Position numbers and translations under genes: made by a program
Notes under the pieces: generated by a model
Seen by the model: the letters and a program-made list of their open reading frames with translations, nothing else
Told to the model about the DNA's origin: nothing
Databases searched by the model: none
Shown here: in pieces, positions 8,954-16,504 of the stretch
Numbering within the stretch: the stretch's first letter is position 1
Layout: every line of letters starts with the position of its first letter
IMG/VR virus record: IMGVR_UViG_3300037461_001375
DNA length: 20,000 nt
Source of the DNA: an uncultured virus (IMG/VR IMGVR_UViG_3300037461_001375)
Lineage: Duplodnaviria > Heunggongvirae > Uroviricota > Caudoviricetes
Reading direction: 5' to 3' (one strand)

Positions 8954-9472
8954 TCAGAAAGTTCTGGGACCACCAACTCTGCGATAGTTTTTGTAAAGAG
9001 TAGTTCGTGCTAAATTGTTTAGATGCTCAGAACTTGTATACATTTCGGCTGCTGGACGAAAAAAGGGTTTAGCTACAGTTCCAAATTTGAAAATATGCTC
9101 AGCCAAATCTTCCGGCGTCCAATTATGGTCATCGGCCCAGTTGGAAATTGCGCCAATAGGAGGCCAGTGTGGTCGACCTCCAAACTCTACAGGCAAGGCG
9201 TAGGGCGCAGTTACAGCTACTATCTTTCCGCCGTAGGCAACCTCTTTACCAGAAGCTGGAATGTCGGTTACGACGATGCTGTCCCGAAGTTGTCCAGTCC
9301 ATACCGGACAGCGATTACGCGCTTCTTCAGCGATAGCTTCAGCCGTCTCTGCAACAAACGTTTTATGTGTGGCAAGCACAATTAGATCAATAACTCTTCG
9401 AAGTCTACGTAAAAAGTTATCTAGGCTTCTAACATTTTGATACGTATTCAATATGAAGAGAGATCGAGCCAT
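8954..9472 (-). CDS. HK97 gp10-like neck/tail component
   Basis: EARNRCPVWTGQLRDSI..APYALPVEFGGRPHWPP..GTVAKPFFRPA signature. ATG at 9472 overlaps the upstream TAA (TAATG). Confidence 0.9.
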   Translation of the reverse strand: MARSLFILNTYQNVRSLDNFLRRLRRVIDLIVLATHKTFVAETAEAIAEEARNRCPVWTGQLRDSIVVTDIPASGKEVAYGGKIVAVTAPYALPVEFGGRPHWPPIGAISNWADDHNWTPEDLAEHIFKFGTVAKPFFRPAAEMYTSSEHLNNLARTTLYKNYRRVGGPRTF

Positions 9473-9804
9473 TATCGAGTATCCTCGGAGCAAACCGCTT
9501 TAGCAATCTTGTTTGGAAGCTTGATTAAACTTTTAATGCACCAAACACGATCATCGGGAGTTCTGAGCTTGTAGGAAGCCTCGATAGACCTTGGGTGTTC
9601 TTCAACAAAAATATGCGACAGCTCGCCACTTTCGACAGCTCCAGCCATAAAAACTTCAGTAGGAGCTGTTATTGGAATACGATAGCCTCTTTGTGTTTCA
9701 GAGGCCTCCGCGTAAGACATAGTGAAGCCACCCATGCCATCCGATCGGGAGGATGGAATCAAAATGCCAATTTGTTGGCGTAAAAGAGTTCGTGCGCCAC
9801 TCAT
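9472..9804 (-). CDS. Head closure / head-tail joining protein (SPP1 gp16-like)
   Basis: LRQQIGI..SDGMGGF motif, ~110 aa, follows the adaptor. Start placed at ATG 9804 (ATGA overlap). Confidence 0.8.
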   Translation of the reverse strand: MSGARTLLRQQIGILIPSSRSDGMGGFTMSYAEASETQRGYRIPITAPTEVFMAGAVESGELSHIFVEEHPRSIEASYKLRTPDDRVWCIKSLIKLPNKIAKAVCSEDTR

Positions 9805-10430
9805 ATAACGCTCGCGTAGGAAGACCGAATCAGATGCGAAACTTTGGTCAGAACCCAAGCTGGAACCGACTTTTCGATGTACTCTTCTCTGAAAGCGTTG
9901 GAGAGAACAACAGCTTCTAGGTGAACCGATAGACCTCGCCTATGCCAATAGGCAGCCAAGTCTTTTACAGCGTCTAGGAAAGCAGGATCCGCAGTACCAA
10001 TAACTGTTTGCGTAACTGCATACGTGATCGTAACGATTGAATACTCGGATTCTCGCCAAGAAAACCAAGGAGCCGGAGGGCTTTGTGGGGGAAAGAGAGT
10101 CCCCGCATCTGGAGTTAGGATGATAACGCCTTCGTTTGAGCTAATCAGATCAACGTTAAGAGTAGTCTCAGTTGTTCCCCCGAAAAGTCGGCCAACTGAA
10201 GACGTAATCGAAGAAACCGGACGATAGGTGAGTGTAAGCTCGTCGCCAAGCTGCACTCGCGTAAACGTATCCACCTTAGAGCTAACACCAGCTAGATCAT
10301 ACCGACAACGCCGAGCCAAATATGATTCGGCAGCATCCAATGCCGACTGAATCGAAACGTCTTCCGACGTATCCGAAGATGGCAAATCCAGTCTAGCCTT
10401 TGCGTCGTTGAGCGTCACAAGAAAAGACAT
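9801..10430 (-). CDS. Head-tail adaptor (HK97 gp6 / SPP1 gp15-like, long form)
   Basis: LVTLNDAKARL..DVSIQSALDAAESYLARRC..LTYRPVSSITS..AVKDLAAYWH pattern. First gene after the head genes. Confidence 0.85.
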   Translation of the reverse strand: MSFLVTLNDAKARLDLPSSDTSEDVSIQSALDAAESYLARRCRYDLAGVSSKVDTFTRVQLGDELTLTYRPVSSITSSVGRLFGGTTETTLNVDLISSNEGVIILTPDAGTLFPPQSPPAPWFSWRESEYSIVTITYAVTQTVIGTADPAFLDAVKDLAAYWHRRGLSVHLEAVVLSNAFREEYIEKSVPAWVLTKVSHLIRSSYASVI

Positions 10431-10452
10431 TTAACTTTTGCCCTCTTACGGA

Positions 10453-10486
10453 AGAAGGGTGGCGGGAACGACCCAGCCACCCTTCT
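10453..10486 (-). terminator. Probable intrinsic terminator/attenuator after the head genes
   Basis: Minus strand AGAAGGGTGGC-T-GGG-TCGTT-CCC-GCCACCCTTCT: 11-bp perfect outer stem plus 3 bp inner stem, in an intergenic gap. The U-tract is weak (TTCTT), consistent with read-through. Confidence 0.7.
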
Positions 10487-10509
10487 AACCCAGTCGATAC
10501 GATTTCCTA

Positions 10510-11169
10510 TTAGCCAACAGCCAAAACAGAAACCGTAGTTGTGGTAGCCCAATCGACCGAACCACTGTTATCCAGAGTGACCAGACCGGAAGCCCCAATC
10601 GTAGCTACACCATCCCAAGCAATGGCTGCACCCGTAGACGTTGTGTAAACATGCACGGATACAAATACGGGAGTGAATGCGAACACGAAGTGGAGATTTC
10701 CGAGGGCAACCTCAGTGGCGTCAGGAACCCGGGAGCTTTTCGCCAACTGAAGCCCACCGGCTACAGCACCCCCATAGGTTTTTGTGTAAGCCAACTCGTT
10801 GTTGGTTCCAGCCAAGGTTTCGGCACAAGTGATTTCTACAGGGCCCGGACCATCAACCTTGAGCAAAATTTCATTTGCACCAATGTCGATGGCCGTAACG
10901 GGCTCAGTTCCACTTGCATTGATTGCCGCAATGAGAGCATTCGTTGCGTTTGCGGGAGTATCATCGGCGTGGCCGGTTACAGCAATTCGGCCAGCCGTAA
11001 CTCCATTCTCTGCCCGATCGAACTCATAAACATTAGAGCCAATCGTAACAGTTTGTGCATCAGCAACGTTTGCGGCAACCCGAAGGACGTTGACGGCATG
11101 AACCCCCTTTTCAATGGGGGACTTGCCTCCAGAACCAATCAGCACCGCACGCTTAGTATCTCGTGCCAT
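10510..11169 (-). CDS. Probable capsid decoration / head accessory protein
   Basis: 219 aa rich in Ala/Gly/Thr/Val, directly after the major capsid and before the terminator. GAGAGGAG RBS. Function inferred from position. Confidence 0.65.
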   Translation of the reverse strand: MARDTKRAVLIGSGGKSPIEKGVHAVNVLRVAANVADAQTVTIGSNVYEFDRAENGVTAGRIAVTGHADDTPANATNALIAAINASGTEPVTAIDIGANEILLKVDGPGPVEITCAETLAGTNNELAYTKTYGGAVAGGLQLAKSSRVPDATEVALGNLHFVFAFTPVFVSVHVYTTSTGAAIAWDGVATIGASGLVTLDNSGSVDWATTTTVSVLAVG

Positions 11170-11195
11170 ATCGTTCTCCTCTCAAAGACTCACGG

Positions 11196-12212
11196 TTACA
11201 CCGTGATGTCTACGTTAGAGGCCAGAACTGCTTCACCTTCCGGATTGGCATACTTGACGTCGAATCGAAGGGTGGGCAGGAAACTGGTGACGCCCTCTCG
11301 CGGATCACGGTAGCGCTCTACTCGGACGCGCCGATGGTAGCCAAAAACGATGTTGGAGGGATTGCAGAGCAAGCAGAACTGCGAGTAATCGATCGGCGAT
11401 CCGTTGACAGTGCTGGTGCCACTCATCAGAGGAACCGAAACAATGGGAACGCCACGGAACGCGAGCCGTGCCTGCAAGTTAGCAACAAGAGCCTGATCAC
11501 CGAGACCAGTACCACGCTGAGCCAGAGACTTCTGGTATCCGTCAGCAACTGCAACCGGAACATAGAGTCGAAGCTGATCGTAGTTTCGACGAAACTTAGA
11601 CGGGAGAGCCTCGATCATCGTAGCGAAGAGATCATCGTAAGCCGTAATGGTTGTTGCGTCGACCTTCTGAGCCGCAGCAAAACTATCCTGTGCTTGAGCG
11701 ATGATACCATTGAGCGAATCCAAGTACACCATTTCGGCAGTATTGGCATCGCCAACGCCGGGCGTCCTGCTCGTGTCTCCCTTGATGGCAAGCTCTTCGA
11801 TGTCGCGCCCAACTGCTTGTGCCAACATCCGAGCAAGACGATCCGCCAGACCACCACGCTCGATGTTGTCCTCAAACAGCTCGTCCGATACCTGCATTTC
11901 GCCCTTGAACAATACGGTCGAGAGCGTCATCAAGCCGGTAGCAGGCTTAACCCGATCTCCTTCAACAACTCGCGTTGCTTCCACACCAACCCGAAGAACA
12001 CGGTCATTCAGGCTGAGGCGAGGAACCTCAAACTTCGGAGAATTCGAAGTTTCGATCCTAGACTCACGAGCGATTACCTGTTCGTCGATTGCGATCTGCA
12101 AAAACTGACGAGCCTGTTCATTAGATAGAATACCACCAGCAGTTCCCGTTTGGGCGGGATCGATGTCTGCGGTAGTGAACGCTGCCTTTTCCAGCCACTG
12201 AACCAGTCGCAT
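11196..12212 (-). CDS. Major capsid protein (HK97 fold, PBSX XkdG-like)
   Basis: GGILSNEQARQFLQ..VSDELFEDNIE..VGRDIEELAIKGDT..NPSNIVFGYHRRVRVE..LRFD. AGGAGG RBS. Confidence 0.96.
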   Translation of the reverse strand: MRLVQWLEKAAFTTADIDPAQTGTAGGILSNEQARQFLQIAIDEQVIARESRIETSNSPKFEVPRLSLNDRVLRVGVEATRVVEGDRVKPATGLMTLSTVLFKGEMQVSDELFEDNIERGGLADRLARMLAQAVGRDIEELAIKGDTSRTPGVGDANTAEMVYLDSLNGIIAQAQDSFAAAQKVDATTITAYDDLFATMIEALPSKFRRNYDQLRLYVPVAVADGYQKSLAQRGTGLGDQALVANLQARLAFRGVPIVSVPLMSGTSTVNGSPIDYSQFCLLCNPSNIVFGYHRRVRVERYRDPREGVTSFLPTLRFDVKYANPEGEAVLASNVDITV

Positions 12213-12237
12213 TTTTTCCTCCTAAAGTTTAGCTTGA

Positions 12238-12831
12238 TTAAGAAAGAAGGCTTTCAAAAAGCCCGTTTCCCATATCTCGGGACTTTGAAGTGCTCTTCAG
12301 CACCGGTTCAACCGGCTGTCGCGACTGAGGAACTTCCTTCTTGCCGTCCTCTTCAACCGACTTTTCGTTCTTAAAAACTTCCATCAGGCCTGCAACCACA
12401 GCCTTCGCAATGCCCTCTTCCGTGAGCGGAGGGGTGGAAGGCTCAGCAGGGGCTGCCGGAGGCGCTTCGGGAGCCTTGGCTGCCGGAGCAGGGTCTGCCG
12501 CAGGCTTGTCTTCCGCAGCAGGAGTATCTTCCTTCTTGACGTACTGAAACTTAACTGCGTCGCTGATCCCAAGAAGATCTACAACGTCATTCAGGTCCTT
12601 GGTAATCTGCTCGTCGTTCAACGTCGAATTGCTCTTGTGGATAGCCCGAACAACCCGGTCAACCAACGAAGCAAAGTTCTCGATATTCACTCGAAGCTCG
12701 TCGTCCCCGGCTGCCTTGAGGAAGAAAAAGGGCTTCCCAGTAGCCGGATTCAACACGCCATCCACCCTCTGAACCGAAAGGTTCCGGATGTCCGTGTCGG
12801 GCTTCTCTGCCGTGAAGCTGAAAAGAGACAT
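12238..12831 (-). CDS. Probable capsid scaffolding protein with an N-terminal XkdF-like motif
   Basis: Immediately before the capsid gene. Helical segment, Ala/Pro/Glu linker and C-terminal LFESLLS. N-terminal IRNLSVQRVDGVLNPATGKPFFFLK. AGGAGG RBS. Confidence 0.75.
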   Translation of the reverse strand: MSLFSFTAEKPDTDIRNLSVQRVDGVLNPATGKPFFFLKAAGDDELRVNIENFASLVDRVVRAIHKSNSTLNDEQITKDLNDVVDLLGISDAVKFQYVKKEDTPAAEDKPAADPAPAAKAPEAPPAAPAEPSTPPLTEEGIAKAVVAGLMEVFKNEKSVEEDGKKEVPQSRQPVEPVLKSTSKSRDMGNGLFESLLS

Positions 12832-12842
12832 ACAGTATCCTC

Positions 12843-13178
12843 CTAAAATTTGTGTTTATTCAGTGGCACTAAACGGTGCTCGTCGTTTATCGTAATTTCG
12901 CTCTTCTTAGTCTGTTCTACATCTTTCGAATGGGAAAAGCAATCGTTTTGAATGTCAAAAATGGAAGTTGGAATAATTCCTACGTGTAAGCGAAAATCCG
13001 TGTGTCCACAGCGAGAGCACTTCACCTCAAAGTTAAGTTTGCCAACAGGTAGCCACCGAAAAAACAAACGGCGACACTTTCGGCAACGGATGTCTACAAG
13101 TAGGCGCTTTATATCACCTACTTGCTTCAAAGCCGTAAGGATTTGATCCTCAGATAGGTTGGAAAGGTCAAGCGGCAT
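12843..13178 (-). CDS. Mu Com-like zinc-ribbon protein
   Basis: DIRCRKCRRLFFR..FEVKCSRCG matches the Com IRCxxCxxLL..IEIxCPRC pattern. Start placed at ATG 13178, overlapping the end of the protease gene; the ORF track starts at TTG 13208. Confidence 0.8.
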   Translation of the reverse strand: MPLDLSNLSEDQILTALKQVGDIKRLLVDIRCRKCRRLFFRWLPVGKLNFEVKCSRCGHTDFRLHVGIIPTSIFDIQNDCFSHSKDVEQTKKSEITINDEHRLVPLNKHKF

Positions 13179-14937
13179 CTCTCGATTCCCGAAGGATCCG
13201 TTCGCCAAAACCTTGCAAGCTGTAGCCCTTTACAATCCCATTCCGAATCAACTTCCACGAGTTCTCATCCCACACGACGCCGAGAAGCCAGTCTCCGTGC
13301 TTGATGCTCTGAGACCCTCCGGTTACGTCCTTAACAGTCCACTCAGGCCCTCGATAGATGTAGGACTCAACGACCGTCCCATTGCCTCCGGAAGCATTCG
13401 AGTGAAATAGACCAATTTGTCTGCTGTTTGAATTGTATTCCCAAACAGTCTTCTCAAGTTCGCTCTTTGAAATGAAGTCCCGATGCTTGTCCGGAGTTTC
13501 GGCGTGGTAAGCCACACCCAGAGTGAACCGGCGATCGTCTTCGGACTTTTCAACAATGTCGTAGTCCGGAATCCGATTGCCCTCCACCAATACATCGACT
13601 TTGGTTAGCTTCCCTCCAACGTTGGCAATGACGTTTTCAAATTTTTCATCAGCCCAGCTCTTGAGATTGCCCTGATCCGACTGAACGTTGGAAACAATCG
13701 CGAACCAGCCAAATTCGGAATCCTTCATCAGATCAAGGAATGCCGATGTTGCTTCAGACTTGATGGTGAAGGATGCGTAGTTGGGAGTTGCGAATCGAAG
13801 CTGCCATTCACCATCAAAAAAAGTTTCAAATCGGGAGAAGAAGGATAGGGGGGCATAGTTGCCCTTTGTCTTCCTAACAAAACTTCTTTCCGACGTCATC
13901 CAAAACGAAGGGGCCAAATCCTTTTGAATGCAAGCCGAAATACCACTTGTCAGGAATTTAGCATCGCATTGAAAAGGCAAGTGATAATGCTTTCCCGTTC
14001 CAAATCTAAGAAAACAACTTGGTTCTGACTTCTCGATCAGCTCGTTTGGATTCATGGAGCACTGAGAGTTTGAGATGTCAGAGAAGATGGCTTGCACTCT
14101 AAAAGATTGGGGTTCTGATCCGCACTCAAACTCTTCGAGTGGATTCCAATAGTTTGTGGCAGAATTTGCTTCTTGAATGCTCTTTGTAAGCCACTCGGTA
14201 GCGGCTTCGAGATCAGAGGCTACAGACTTGGGAATGTCCACAGACCAAATCTCCCAAGCCTTTCCCATGTGCTTCAAGTTCAGAGTCACACCATCTTTCG
14301 TTACAAGGCTCGCTTTTTCCATGCAACCGGATTCTGATTCCTCCTCTTCCTCCTCTTCCTCCTCGTCAGACATTTTTGCCTTCTTCTTTTTTCGATTCGG
14401 AGGGGAATCAGACTTCAGAAACGTGAATCGGTCTTCGTGTGTTTCCCATCGAGGAAGAGAAAGATCGGGGGGTTGCTCTTCCTCAACGGAAGCGGAGACT
14501 TCCGCAAGTAAATCTTGAGGCATCCCACAAAACACACAGTTGGGATCCACGTCCTTGCTTACCGTATTCAAGTGGCAGACAGAACAAACTACCGTTGTTC
14601 CTGCCTTCTTGATGAGGAACTGTTCGGCTTTTTCAAGTTTTTCCTTGGTGGCACCCGATCTTAGGATCGGAGGAACGGGGCGCTTGGGATTCACAGAACG
14701 AAAAGCGCGAAGAATCCTTTGCTTTACGCTAGCCATGCCACCCGAAGGAATCTGAACTCGGTTCCCTCTGAAGCCTCCCGGACTCAGCGCAGCTAGAGCC
14801 ATGCCAACTTGCCTTGTCGTTACACCACTTGTTGGCGTGCTCCAAAGCCTGAGCTTCCAAGTAGAAGGTTGGTTGGGATCAGGAACGTAAGCGTAAGCTC
14901 GGGACGGAAATTTCAATCCATTTTCAGTTTTTGTCAT
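13168..14937 (-). CDS. Multidomain protein with a C-terminal XkdF-type prohead serine protease
   Basis: aa ~464-580: KSEDDRRFTLGVAY..PDKHRDF..IGLFH..VVESYI..GDWLLGVVW..WKLIRNGIVKGYSLQG (candidate His512 and Ser573). About 460 aa of extra N-terminal domains. Lies between portal and capsid. Confidence 0.9.
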   Translation of the reverse strand: MTKTENGLKFPSRAYAYVPDPNQPSTWKLRLWSTPTSGVTTRQVGMALAALSPGGFRGNRVQIPSGGMASVKQRILRAFRSVNPKRPVPPILRSGATKEKLEKAEQFLIKKAGTTVVCSVCHLNTVSKDVDPNCVFCGMPQDLLAEVSASVEEEQPPDLSLPRWETHEDRFTFLKSDSPPNRKKKKAKMSDEEEEEEEEESESGCMEKASLVTKDGVTLNLKHMGKAWEIWSVDIPKSVASDLEAATEWLTKSIQEANSATNYWNPLEEFECGSEPQSFRVQAIFSDISNSQCSMNPNELIEKSEPSCFLRFGTGKHYHLPFQCDAKFLTSGISACIQKDLAPSFWMTSERSFVRKTKGNYAPLSFFSRFETFFDGEWQLRFATPNYASFTIKSEATSAFLDLMKDSEFGWFAIVSNVQSDQGNLKSWADEKFENVIANVGGKLTKVDVLVEGNRIPDYDIVEKSEDDRRFTLGVAYHAETPDKHRDFISKSELEKTVWEYNSNSRQIGLFHSNASGGNGTVVESYIYRGPEWTVKDVTGGSQSIKHGDWLLGVVWDENSWKLIRNGIVKGYSLQGFGERILRESRDAA

Positions 14938-14950
14938 TCTTCACAGCCTT

Positions 14951-16504
14951 TTACCCCTTAGTAACACCATTTGGTCGCTCTGAGGGCGAAGAATTCGCAG
15001 AAGACGGGCGCTCTGTAGACATTTGTGTTTCCTGAGCTACTCCCGGAAGTGACACGCCTGCCGGTGAGGGTCGCAACAGATCGCCAGAGCTTTCAGTTTC
15101 TCTCGTTCTGACATCTCCTGTAATAGGTCTTCCTGCGATAAACAAACGATTGGCGTTTTCGTCGTCTCTGGCTTCCATACCCATGAGCTGAGAGGCTTCA
15201 GAAGGAGTCAAGTATCCGTTTTGGACTCCTCGTGTTGCAATCGAAAGGTTTAGGTCAACCAATTCGAAATCGACATCGAGGAGTTCCCATCGAACGCCTT
15301 CTTGAAGCTGCAAGCCTCTTGGCCCGAAAAGCGTTTGACGCAATCGGTCCTCGATTACGGTTTGCATTGGTTCGATGGCACCAAACCGATAGGCTCGAAG
15401 CATCTCACGAGCGGCGGATCCACCAAGGCTTCCTAGCTCAGCCAATCCAATTCTGTAAGGGGGAACGCTGTGCGACATCAAAACTTGCTTCACAAGCGCC
15501 GCATCACGTTCTTGGAACTGCCCTTCACGTTCGCCCTCTAAGCGGGAAAGTGATTCAATGCCAATGACTACATCAGGGGTTCCACTCACCATTATAGTTT
15601 TGTGGCCTTTTCCCTTCGAAGCCTTCAACTGCCCTTCTATGGCTTGCCGAATGTCGTCAGCCACCGCTTGGTCTTCGGCACGAATAGCGATCAGTCTGTC
15701 GGCCATGCCTCCGCTAGCAAACCAAGAAATGTTGTATTCTCGAATTGCTGCCATCTCAGCTTGGGACGGAACAGAACAAATCCAAGACGGGAGGCCATAA
15801 AACTTAGTTCTTGGACTGTAAATTTTGAAAAATAGAACTTCCGTAGCCTGCTGCGCCGGTTCCTTGTTTGGACCTGTTCGCGTTTCGTCGAAAGGTTCGC
15901 CCGAGATGGAGTCTATCTCAGTTTCGTCACCAAATCGTTTGAAGAAAATTCTTCGGTCCCCGACAATTTGAAGAAAAAGCTTTCCGTCTTTGGAAACTCT
16001 CAAAGTGTGTGCGGGAAGGGGGTAGATTGCTCCGATGGTCCCCGATTGGTCTCGAACTACTTCCCATGCTGCCCAACCAATGGCTCGCATTTCCCAGATG
16101 GCTTGTCGCAGCAATTCGTTAAACGTTAAATCTGGAGTAATGTTTTGTAATGTCTGAGAAAGATTGTACTGCTGTGAACTCAAAGTTTCAGAGTCCGTCT
16201 GTACTGGGCCACCCTGAACTGCCGTAAGCTTCCATCCTCGTCCGGTTGCGTCGGCAGCAACTGCCTCTAGGCAGGCGCCATGCACAGGATTTTCTTCTGC
16301 CAATCGGAGAAGCCACTCAGGGTTCAAAGGTGGTTCAACAAAAGATCCAGAGCTGTAGTATTGTGCAAAAGGATCTTCAAACGAAAGCTGTCGACTAGCA
16401 ATACTTGCATTCTCAGGTTCTTGTTTAATAAGTCGAACGAGAGAAGAAGCCGTCAAACCTTCTCGAATAGTCTCAGTATTGGCCTTTATCATATCATTCA
16501 TCAT
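14951..16504 (-). CDS. Portal protein (PBSX XkdE-like family)
   Basis: VEPPLNPEWL..HGACL..FYGLPSW..HSVPPYRIG..LGGS..IEPMQ..LTPSEA motifs. Follows the large terminase. Confidence 0.95.
   Translation of the reverse strand: MMNDMIKANTETIREGLTASSLVRLIKQEPENASIASRQLSFEDPFAQYYSSGSFVEPPLNPEWLLRLAEENPVHGACLEAVAADATGRGWKLTAVQGGPVQTDSETLSSQQYNLSQTLQNITPDLTFNELLRQAIWEMRAIGWAAWEVVRDQSGTIGAIYPLPAHTLRVSKDGKLFLQIVGDRRIFFKRFGDETEIDSISGEPFDETRTGPNKEPAQQATEVLFFKIYSPRTKFYGLPSWICSVPSQAEMAAIREYNISWFASGGMADRLIAIRAEDQAVADDIRQAIEGQLKASKGKGHKTIMVSGTPDVVIGIESLSRLEGEREGQFQERDAALVKQVLMSHSVPPYRIGLAELGSLGGSAAREMLRAYRFGAIEPMQTVIEDRLRQTLFGPRGLQLQEGVRWELLDVDFELVDLNLSIATRGVQNGYLTPSEASQLMGMEARDDENANRLFIAGRPITGDVRTRETESSGDLLRPSPAGVSLPGVAQETQMSTERPSSANSSPSERPNGVTKG

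Noticed and set aside
10453..10486. Terminator stem contains GCCACCCT, identical to satellite unit B
   Set aside because: A single 8-mer match is plausible by chance in 20 kb, and its second copy is only the hairpin complement.
10651..12128. Long plus-strand ORFs (10651..11313, 220 aa; 11163..12128, 321 aa)
   Set aside because: Antisense to the capsid and decoration genes, with no recognisable motifs. Best explained as shadows of codon bias.
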